A DNA stretch of 20,000 nucleotides from Mesotaenium endlicherianum. Its lineage: Eukaryota. Under the pieces are notes generated by a model. The model was not told the DNA's origin and ran no database searches. It saw nothing but the letters and a program-made list of their open reading frames with translations. The stretch lies in assembly GCA_009602735.1 (NCBI GenBank), contig WELA01001776.1, positions 121,541-141,540 of the forward strand, written 5' to 3'. The position numbers and the translations under genes are program-made. Below are positions 1 through 10,300 of the stretch, in pieces (within the stretch, counting starts at the first letter, position 1; the number at the start of each line of letters is the position of its first letter).

Positions 1-821
1 GCGAAACGCAGGCAGGTGCTGGAACTCCAGGTATGTCTGTGGCCGAGGCTGTGTAGGAGTGGCACTCCTTTGGTCAGCTCCTCGTGGTTGTTTGCGCTTC
101 TGAGTTGCAGACGATATTTTGCAGTCGTGGTTTTTAGTTTCAGCCCACGAGGCCACAAGGCCACAAGCTGTTGCTGAACTGCTTTGTGCTTGCGAACGCG
201 CTATTTGGCCTTTCCAAGTTTTGTAGTTGTTTTCATTCTTTCTGCTCGTCGCTGACATGCCTTGAGGTGCGTGTTTCAACATGGGTGTATTCTGCACCCT
301 CGTGCACAGCTGCTCAATCCTGGCTGGGCACTAATTCTAGGTACCGAATCAGGATGCTTCACTATTTCTGCTACATTTGCGCTTTCTGACTGACCGCAAA
401 TGCATCTCTGCAGGTTGCTCTGGAGGCTGCTACCCGCCAGGAGGCTGAACGACATGCTAAATTTACCCAAGCAGCAGCAGCAACTGAAGCCAAGAGCAGG
501 CAGCTCCTTGAAGCACAGGTTGAGCTGACAAATGCCGAGCGGAAGCTGGAGGAGTACCAGAGGCGAGCAAACAGCTTGAGCGCGCAGCTAGAGGCCAAGC
601 GCAGGGAGCTCCTGGAGCACCAGATGAAGCAGAAGCTTAGCAGCGAGAAGGTGTTGGCAGCGCCGATGGATGTGGAAGTGGATTTGGCAAGGAAAGACAG
701 CATAGGTGCAGCATCTCCTGCAAAATCATCTTCCAAGGGATCCAAAGAGCAGCTCCCACAGCCTGCTGCCAGCCCGAGCACCCAGCCCAGCCCCAAGCGC
801 GGCTGGGGCTTGTTCAAGTGA
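1..821 (+). CDS. 3' end of an uncharacterised coiled-coil protein (partial; exons <1-30 and 414-821)
   Basis: Exon AKRRQVLELQ ends at CAG|GTATGT (donor at 31). A CTGAC branch-like motif and acceptor TCTCTGCAG (411-413) precede an in-frame exon 414-821 (135 aa + TGA). The exon is E/A/K/R/Q/L-rich and helical, followed by a S/P-rich tail ending KRGWGLFK*. Confidence 0.8.
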
Positions 822-2630
822 TCGGCAGGTTGTTGATGCTGCATTGGTGGAGGTCTGTAATCCATCTTCTTGATTCAGGTTGCTTGATCTGGCCTGTCTG
901 CTGTGGTCATGGTGATTGGGGTTTGGCAGCTGCGTAACCTGTTGAATGTGGTGGTGTTGTAGTCCTCTCTGGTAGGTCATGGTTTGTCAAATATTTATGT
1001 TTGCCAACAAGGTAGTTTTATTGAGTGTTGGAGCTTGTCGGGTTATATATACAGCCAGCCTCTTCCAGGCTGGAAACGGACCTGCTTGTCATGTCCGCAG
1101 GTAGTTTTACGCTTGCTTTTTAGGATCTGATTGTTGCAGCAAGACTGCAACTTATGTCCATGTTGTTGTCCAGACTATGAAGCCTTATTGACTATACAAT
1201 GCTAATCACCTTTTTAACCTGTTGGTTTCTGCCATGGATTACATTGGACATGTTCAAGTCTCCGGACAATGGGTCGTATTGCCAAATTCAACTGCCAACT
1301 TATCATTCCAATGTTGGTATTGCAAAGCCCCCCCGTAGTTTGTATCTTGTGCACTCAACGTGAGCCCTAAATACTTACATTGAAGGTATTTTGAGGACTA
1401 TTGGAAAATTTCAGTAGTTCTATGAGATTCCTTTGGCATCGAATGGACATGTACAGCTCGCCATCATCTGTTAGCATTTCCATATCACACTCTCCTTCTG
1501 ATGAAGCATCATGTTCCCGCAACACAATTTGTTATCAAGGTATTGCATTATCTTCCTATGTCAATGAGCAAGACTTTTTGGGGTGCGTGAAATTGGTTGA
1601 TGTTCATGAAAGTGCAGGGTCTATCGTCTTGTTTAAAATCTGAAGGTTTGCAACATAATATGTCGCAAACCGAAATTTGACAAGTGTGATACTTATCGAT
1701 TTGCTAACACGTTGTCGCTCTGGCTCTGTAATGTTTCAGATAGATAAAGTACTTAGTAGTATAGAATACTTTATCTATTCAAGACAAGGATCTTTGAACA
1801 CAAGTGGAAGCTTCTTGAAAGAGAGATAACTTCTTGAAAGTTGATATATTTTTGCAATTTGGCAAGTACAAGAGTGATTCTAGAATGCCTTTCGATGTTC
1901 TAGCTCTTGTTTATATACTTGGTTCATAAATAATATTTCAGGATGGTGCATGTTGATGTGTTGGCACCCGACACATCCCAAAACTTGCCACCTCTTTGTA
2001 TAATGTACACGTGTCCTTTTGACCTAAAAATGACATATTTGACTTTTGCCACGTGGAGTTCTTCTAGGTCCTTCCTCTAACTTCGAAAATGCCTTAGAAG
2101 GTTCAAAGGACATGGACCAAGTCACTAGAGTATCTATTTACACTTGAATCCACGCAAAACTACTCTAAAAATATTCAAAATCATAATAATAAAAACAAAC
2201 TAAGATATTCTAACTCATATCACTACACTCTCGACACACCTAAACCCACTAAAGCTTTTTTCTTGTGATGCAACATTCATTGCAGCAGGACCTAAGCTGC
2301 TACACTTACCCACCCACCCTATAATCCCCACACTGGAGCTGCAAGGGTTTGGGCACGAGCCTCAAGCTTAGTACCATCTACCAGTATCAGCCAATGAAAG
2401 ATTGAATATGGTTGTCTCAACATAGTCGGGTAGATTTAAATGGTAGCAAATAATAGCTAAACTTAAAGAGGATTAGACAAGAATAATGCATTTTTTGTAG
2501 CATATTACTTCTACTATTCTTTCTAATCACCTTCTTTCTTTCAAAATCAGGCAATTTGATGACATTTTGTCAAATGTTAATCTCGATCTGGCCCCCATAC
2601 GTTTTATAGATCCATATACCACTGATGCAT

Positions 2631-2702
2631 GTTCGATTTCTTCATACATCCACCTTAACACACATAGTTCGATTTCTTCATACATCCACCTTAACACACA
2701 TA
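2631..2702. repeat. Perfect 36-bp tandem duplication (2 copies)
   Basis: GTTCGATTTCTTCATACATCCACCTTAACACACATA at 2631-2666 and 2667-2702, with no spacer. Confidence 0.95.
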
Positions 2703-2800
2703 CTACAATCAGAGTCACTTGCATCAGAGTGAAACACCGTCCTCCTTATGGACATAAGCGTGTCACATGCACGGCACCAAGTGACAAAGTGCATCACTTG

Positions 2801-2969
2801 GTTTGACCGATCTTAGTCACGCTTTCGCGTGTCAGCACTTTGACCGTCACTATTGACTTTGTACGTGTCAGCAACCTTGGTCGGTGAGTCAACGTTGACT
2901 TTCCGTACCTGAGGCAGCCGTGACTTGCGTCAGGCGTGCTGCGTCGTCCAACTTGTAATAGTTGCAACA
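2801..2969 (-). mobile_element. Dispersed repeat, probable LTR 5'-terminal fragment; homologous to 11821-11988 in inverted orientation
   Basis: 2815-2827 matches the reverse complement of 11961-11973 at 13/13. 2878-2899 matches the reverse complement of 11890-11911 at 21/22. The blocks are collinear (50 vs 49 nt apart). Similarity ends at TGTTGCAAC (- strand from 2969) versus TGTCGCGAC (11821), resembling LTR TG termini. Confidence 0.65.
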
Positions 2970-4094
2970 AGGTGTAGCCTGCGGAGAATTTGAACAAGGC
3001 ACAAAAAATCAATTGGGCAAGTATTTCGACGGACCGACGTTGTGCTTAGCCGTATCGGAACCATGACACTTGTGAGGCTCTCTTGCACGTGTTTCAAGTT
3101 AAGTAGAGAAGATTTTGAAGGTCACTTGTTGATTCCAAGTTCTTGAACAAATAAATGACGGTTAATTGGTAAGTCGATTCATTTCTTTGGACCTCTGGGG
3201 TGGAAACCGTGGAATGGTAGTAGTGAGCACATGCATGTCTTAATAGAGTGGTATTTCATGTGAAAGGTGCCATTTGGCAATGCAGATGCCTCCTCACCAG
3301 AGGTGGATAAAGTTATTGGAAGTAAGCATGTAAGACTAGCAACTTGGACTGCAGACACGTAACAAAAACTATAGCGCATCTCACAAGCTAGTGCAATATT
3401 TCACCATTCAAAACGCGCAAAGCATGTAACAGCAAACATATTAAGTATGGATTGCTTTGGCGTGAGCAGCAAGATGAAGTGCAAGCATGGAGGAATCAAT
3501 AACTGGACACGACGCATAATTCCGTGGGTAAAATGAAAATCCCTTTTCACGCAGAAGTGGAATACATTGTTAGACAAGCTCGTAACACTCCAGAGTATAG
3601 AGACCACAAACAAGAGATCTATATCAAATTATTAGAGCTATCAAAAGGTTACATCACGCTACGTCCTAAGAGATGGTGAACTTGGAGCGTAAGAAGAGTA
3701 GGTTGAGAACTTAAAAATACAAGAAGAAATGTATATTCTCGGAAACTGTAAATTGGAATATGACCTTGCGTGCCGTCTTGGCGCCTTGAGCGTGATACGC
3801 ATAAAAAACTCAAAGGGGTTGAAAGAGGTTGATAGGGGTTGAAGTAGTACGATTAAATGACCGTCACTTAGACGACCTGAAAAGCGACGACTCATTACGA
3901 CCAGTAAGGAATACTACGTACCTGCGCTAGTCAACAGGTCAATACGTGCTGTGTTGTGTCCGCATCCTAGGACGAGTATCTACACCTGATCTTCACCTTG
4001 ACAGAAAGTGACCGCAGGCGCGCCCCAGCGAGCAGCTGCCAGTATCTGGCAAATAACCCCTCCAGCTGCAAAAGTGAGTGAAAATGCTCCAAGT

Positions 4095-5654
4095 ATGATG
4101 CAGACCTCTTCGTTTCGTCATACCAACAGGTTCCAGAGCTCGTTCAGATCTCTCAAAAGGCATAACCCTGTTGGAGAGTCACCATCAGAGTCTACTTTCC
4201 GTCGCACTCTGCTAAGAACATCACTTAATGATATGCTCGCTTATATGGCTAGATTGGGACGCGGCCTTTTATACGACGACTCAGTAAAACTGCTCCCCGA
4301 CAACGTGACTCTTGTGACAATGGATAAACTCTTGCCTGCAGGAGCCGTCTTGAGCGTTTTCGTCGCAACAGTCATTGCTGCAGTAGCCAGAAGTCACAGA
4401 AAGACTTCGAACAAGAAGTGCTCTAATGAACGTTATCCCATTCACAGCAGCAAAAACATGAATTATGCGTGTCAAAGTAACCAGATTTCCATCAGTGGCC
4501 AACTTGATTACCTTTTACATCTTGAAATTGATCATCAGGATCATCCCGCACGTGATATTCAGGTGGATGACATCAAAGTTAAACATATCCGTGACCAGAG
4601 TGAAGAAAATTCTGACTCAAATGACGAGAATGTGCTAGTATGTGCAGACTTCCTTACCAAAGGAACTTCGGTGTCTTGTGAATCTGATGCTTCCAACATT
4701 CCCAATTCTCCAGAAATTCAGACGGACATGAGCTCCCCACGGTCTTTGCTCGTTCAGAATTTGTCATCGCCACAAGGATCTCACACTTCAGCAGGCAACG
4801 CCTTAGAGGGAATCGTTGACATGAACTTCTTGGGAGGAGCTATACCCTTGGTGAGGCTGTCGCGCCCTTCAGCTCATTCTTCCGTGGTAGAACTGGAACA
4901 GAAGACCACCATCTACCTTGACATGATGCCCATTAGCCCTTGGATAGATTTAGGCTCGCTAGAATGTGAGAGATTATCACTGGTTGTAGCTAAATCTTCA
5001 GCAAGCGATATCACAAAGCCTGAAAGACACAGAATTTCAGACAGAAGCTCACATCCCACAAGGGAAGAAGGAGAGACAACAGAAACAAGTGAAAAAATCT
5101 CGTTGGCCAGCTCTCGTACTGAGGAGGTCCCAGATGACTGTACGGAAGATATTGGCAAAGGATTCGTACTCGAAGCTGCAGGAGATCTCTTATCTCCACT
5201 AGCTCTAGCAAATTTGCCCGCATGTATTGAACATGCTTCTCATGCAGAGAAGAATCACAAAGCAGCTGTTTGTTCAAGTGAGCAGGCTACCGTCAGAGAT
5301 AGCTGTGTAGCCAATAGCCAGCATGGCCAGAATTATTCAAGTCTGATGCTTCGAAAGTGCTCAGCAGAAGACCAGACCTTACCCTTGGCCTCGGGCCCTC
5401 CAACACTTGGCCACCTGTCACAAGCCATGGGGGAACTGCTAGCCTCACGTGAGGGGATTTCCAGCACCCTGCTTGCACTGGTGTGGCCTGTGCCACCGGT
5501 GACCACCGACAAGAGAAACTCTGGAGCTGCTGATGCCGACACTGGTGCTTCTGCGGACAAGGTGGCAGGTAGTGAGGTTCAGCTTAGCCCAGCTTTTCAG
5601 GCCAGAGAGAAACGAACAGCCCAGCGGCCGTGGCTACTGAAGTTACCTGTCGCT
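4095..5654 (+). CDS. Uncharacterised single-TM, largely disordered protein, possibly plastid-targeted (main exon; 3' exons unresolved)
   Basis: Open frame 4008-5699 with first in-frame ATG ATG at 4095/4098. The N-terminus is S/R/T-rich. The hydrophobic helix LLPAGAVLSVFVATVIAAVA (about 4329-4388) is followed by basic RSHRKTSNKK and then about 400 aa of S/E/D-rich sequence. A phase-0 GTAAGT donor lies at 5655 after PWLLKLPVA; without splicing the stop is at 5697-5699. A possible 5'UTR intron spans 3904-4004 (GTAAGG...CTGAT...TTGACAG). Confidence 0.6.
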
Positions 5655-5970
5655 GTAAGTGCGACAGAACCTGAACAAAAAGAAGGTAGACTAAGCTGAC
5701 CAATGAAACTTTAGACTCTGCTGGATGCGTATTCTATAGCTCAATGTTATGTCATTTATGATGGTAGGAGCATGACTTGCCTTTTCTGCTTACATTTACA
5801 TGTGCAATGACTTAGCACTTACTTCTGGCAGCTCGTGACAAAGAGCTTGAACTAAGCATGAGAGCCTAAGACAGTAACGTCAAACTCAAATGGCTTGAAT
5901 GCTACTGCAAGTGCTACTAATGCGTGATCTAGACACAAAACATTGAATTGCTTAATTGTGCAAGAGTAGG

Positions 5971-6000
5971 ATTTTGTACAGTAATATTTTGTACAGTAAT
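5971..6000. repeat. Perfect 15-bp tandem duplication
   Basis: ATTTTGTACAGTAAT at 5971-5985 and 5986-6000. Confidence 0.9.
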
Positions 6001-7349
6001 GTACTGCCGGAGGTTGGACCAACAAGCTCATGTACTAAAATGAACATTATCTGGTGTCTTTCACGAAGCAGTTGACAAATAGTATGAAGTCTTGTTGTAG
6101 CAAGGAACACGTATTCCATAACTTGGGGGAAGGTGTTGAACGGGGAGGGGGGGGAGGTAGAAGCAGCACAACTCGTGACCACAATCAACTGTTTACTGCT
6201 GTGATCATGTGCAGGCTTTACCAAGATGCCAGAGAAGAATGCGACTCACTCTATTGTAGCAACTCCAACAAGTGCATTGCTCACTTTCGCACGTCCACGA
6301 GTACTGCCTTGTACATGGTGTGGATCAAAAGACTCACTGGATTGCTGTGGACTACCTTTTTCTAGTTGTACACAAACATTGTCTTCTGAATTGAAGGCTG
6401 GTGGGATGACTTGATGGTTAGGCGCATCTAACGAGTAGGGCATACCGTAAAGACCAGGGGGATACTTGTGTATAACAAGTTCATCTGCGGATGATCGCTT
6501 ATTGATGTGTGTTTGGCCTTGTAGTTTCGCTTAGTGAGGAGCTTAGTAGAATGCAGACCATAAATGTTCTTTTTGTCGCATGCATTGTTCCAGGCTACAT
6601 GATGTTATAGTTAGTTCTAGTAGAAGGCCAACCGAGGTACAAAGATTTATCTTCCAAAAATCATATTGAACAAGATTTCAGAATATAGTTGCACTCATGA
6701 ATAGATTTTTAACCCGTGGCGTGTTATATTGCATGCTATCCATACAAAGAAGAAGTACCAGCGCATAGGAAAACCATCATACCTTCGCTACAATCATTCA
6801 AGAACAATTTCTTTCACTAGTTTAGAGAAAGTTTCACTGCGAAACAAAAGACCACAACTGGAAGAATCTGATACAAATGTAACTCGCTCACAAATGCGAG
6901 CTTGGTTGCTCCCTATCAAGAGATGGTTGGCAAGAATTGATGGACTGCCTAGGCAGCCAGGGCCAGAAACTTAAAACATGTCCCAATGGAAGACTTTCAA
7001 ATTAATTCAAGTCAGATACGACCACGTACAGTTCTGGATATGAGCTACAGGCTCGGAACTTATGCACGAAGATGGAAGTCCACTGAAGGGGACCACACAA
7101 CATGAGAAACGAAGCCATTTACTGTCGAATATTCGTAATACGCGAAAACAAAACCTTCTTTGAAACCATATACTGGGTCCAGCCTACTTCAAATAAGAGA
7201 ACTGTACTAATAAACGAACTAGCCAACATACTGGGTAGTACGTGCCAATATGGACATACTGACAGGTACTGCTCAGAACACCAAAAAGTCCTTGCAAACT
7301 AGCTCCACACTAGCTTAAAAAACACCATGGACCCTGCTTAGGACACTTT

Positions 7350-10300
7350 CTAAGCCTTCTCCTCAACCTTCTTCGACTCAGCTTCCTCCTTGTACATCTG
7401 AACAAGTTCTTTAACAACACGCTTCACGCTCCCTTTATTCTTGAACATAAGGCGGCGATTAACTTTGGCATCATAGAAGCCCTGCAAGAGAAAACAAACT
7501 TTCTATCAGCAGCAACTCAGATGGCTATGAAAGTTCAAAAACAAAGGAGCACCATCAAGATACAAGATACATGGAAGCATAATCACAAGTGCGAGAACAT
7601 GACATGATGCGCTGCTCATAACAGTCAGGACTGGCACTCACCATTTCCTCAAGCTCCTCCAACATAGGATCCCATTCGGCAGCCGCGACGAGGTCATCAA
7701 TAGTCGCCTGCAGGTTCAAACCGTGCTCCTTCAGCAGATCAACATTCAGATCCTTGTCCGTGAAGCCCATGGCCTCGAGCTGAGCCAGCACAGATTCAAC
7801 CTCAGCCTCATACTGGGAAGGTGCAGGTGCAGCCGGTGCGGCAGCAGGAGCAGCAGGGGCGGGCGCCATGACAAACGAGCCCGTGCCCTCTTCAGAGCTC
7901 ACCTCAGACTGGGGCGAGTCCACCTGGACAGGCTCCGACTCTATTTGAATTTGAGCCTGAGCCCGGGCCTGGCTGGAGCCAGAGGAGGATGACGACGATG
8001 CAGCGGCCGAAGTCGCTGTAAAGGCATCAACCAGGGAGAATCCGCCCAGGCTCCCATTCTCCACCTTGGGAGACTCAACTGGGGCCGGAGCAACCATTGC
8101 ACCCTCAACAGCTGCAGGCGGTGCCACTTCCAGATCCTTCCTGACAGGAGCATCTTCTGCAGATGCAGGCTGCTTCTCCTGCTCCTCGGTAACAACTGGC
8201 GTTGGCACCTCCACAGATAGAAGTACAGGCACGGAAAGCTCAGGGCCGAGGGCGGGGGCAGGGGCAGGGTCCGCAACAGGCTCGTTAACAACCTCTTGTG
8301 CTACAACCGCGTCTCCCGGAGTAAGTTCTGGAGCTGGTGGAGTGGTCATCTGTTGCTTCGCGCCAGCAACGGTGGCGGTGGCAGCGGCAGCCACTGACTC
8401 GGCCACTTGGGGTGAAGGGTCATCCTTGGCCACCACCTGCACAAGCAAACAGCGGACGATGTTCCATCATCAGAATCAGAATATGAAGCAAGATACTTGA
8501 CTGCCTCCCCAAAATACCCAAAGACATTTTCTTCAAGATCACTGACACACCCGAGCACAAACCAGTAGTGCTGATACTGCGAATATCAAAAGCCACAAGA
8601 GCACCACCCAGGCAAAAGGAGGGAATGAAATGTACCTGAATCAGACACCAGACACGATGCCCAAACTTGGGGCCAAAGGGCGCCACCAGGCGATAGTGAG
8701 ACACATAGCGGCCTGGTTGAGTGGGTGCAACCAGATCCACAGACACATCCACCTCTTCCTCCGGAGCAAGTCCAGCATTTGGAATCTGCAGCAGCAGAAA
8801 GAGATGATCAGAGAAGAGACACCAGCTATTGTTGCAGAGCTGCAACTACAAGAAAAGATGTAAAAAGGTGACCCTCAGTTCTAAGAAATTACAGAAGCTA
8901 CAGAAGCCAGTAAAGGTGCTAAAAAGCGCAATGAAACCACCAAAAACACTCATCGGGGGAACCAGCCTGACTGCAGGCAAGACAAGAGAGCCCACCTGAA
9001 GCGTAACGGACTCGACATCGGACAGCTTGTCACCTCCAACTAACTGCAGCACAGACCCATGGGGCCAGACGGCAGATCCGCTGTTACGCAGACGCCATAT
9101 TTTTGTGAAGCGAGAGCCAGGCGCCATCTCAGTGCCATCAAATATGGTGACGTCTTGCACAAACCGCGCATCAAGCTTCACTTCTGCAGGGACCGAACGA
9201 CCCGCGTTGTCACAACGGCCAAAAGGACCGCGGCAATTAAAGGGTCTGCCACCAAAAGTGTTGGGACCTCCAAATGGTCCCCCCTGCGGGGGCCCACGCA
9301 TGCCTGGACCGCGGAACCCCTGTTGAAAAGGTCATAGGGGCAGAAATAACACGTGTCAGTACAGCTCCTCGCCAGAGACTGAAGAAATACACCACTAAGC
9401 CACTGCAGGACAGGTAAAACAACTGTTGTGCTGAACCATACTCACGGGACAAGCATCATTCAAAGAGGAACAGATCCAAGTAGAAGAAAGTTCAGCACAG
9501 CCATATTGAAGACGAGTCGTTACTACAGTTAGATCACACACCTTGGATGAAAGGGGTCCCCAAAATGGGTGATGCCTCGGACGGTACAGAGGCCTCTCAA
9601 TCTTGTTATATTCCTCGTCCTTGCTTCCAGTCTTCACATAGCATGTTCGGCACAGATCATAGTCGGATTTCCTGCAAGAGTCAAAATATCGTAAGAGTGA
9701 GTGCTCAATCTTTCAGGTACGCAACTTCCTAAGTAAGGCAAGGAAACATGAAATAACAGTTCCCAATTATAGACGGCTTTCTGTCGTTTAACTTTCGCAA
9801 ATTCTTTTCTTCAGTGTTGGGTAGAGACACTTACGTAAGAGACTTGTACCGAGGACCAACAATTGGGCAGCACCCACAAACATCACACTGAATACCAGTG
9901 TGAAAGACGCGCTCAGCTTCAGGAGTAGCTGAAGACTGTGGAGTATCTGCGGCAGCACCAGCAGAATTTGCAGCCTCCTTTGACAACTTCTCAGAAGCGG
10001 GCTGTTCTGGAGACGACGAAGAGCGTGACAGACCAGCAGAGGGCTGCCCTCCAGCGAGGACCTTTGAAGCTGGCACTTCAGGCTTGGCAGCAGCTTCTGG
10101 TGCCTGAGAGGGGGCCTGAGCAGGAGGTGCATGAAAGCCGCGGAAACACTGTCCAGGCTCGAAGATGGGCTCAAAAGATGCCGACAATCCACTACTCTTT
10201 GCTGCCTGCAGGATTTCAGCAATCTTGGCAGGTGCCACCTTCAAAAGTGGCTTAAAGTCCTGAAGAACGTCCTCAGCCTTCATACCAGCAGACCGAAAAG

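Noticed and set aside
371..865. 164-aa minus-strand ORF
   Set aside because: Antisense shadow of the + strand coiled-coil exon 414-821.
1368..1530. Minus-strand acidic frame (VLREHDASSEGECDMEMLTDDGELY...) ending near a GTAAGT
   Set aside because: Short, bounded by stops, no recognisable family and no consistent neighbouring exons.
1951..2422. Possible solo LTR (TGTTGA...TCAACA)
   Set aside because: No TSD, PBS or PPT and no second copy in the window. A 6-bp terminal match can arise by chance.
2631..2702. 36-bp direct repeat as a CRISPR array
   Set aside because: Only two adjacent copies, no spacer, no cas genes, and a eukaryotic intron-containing context.
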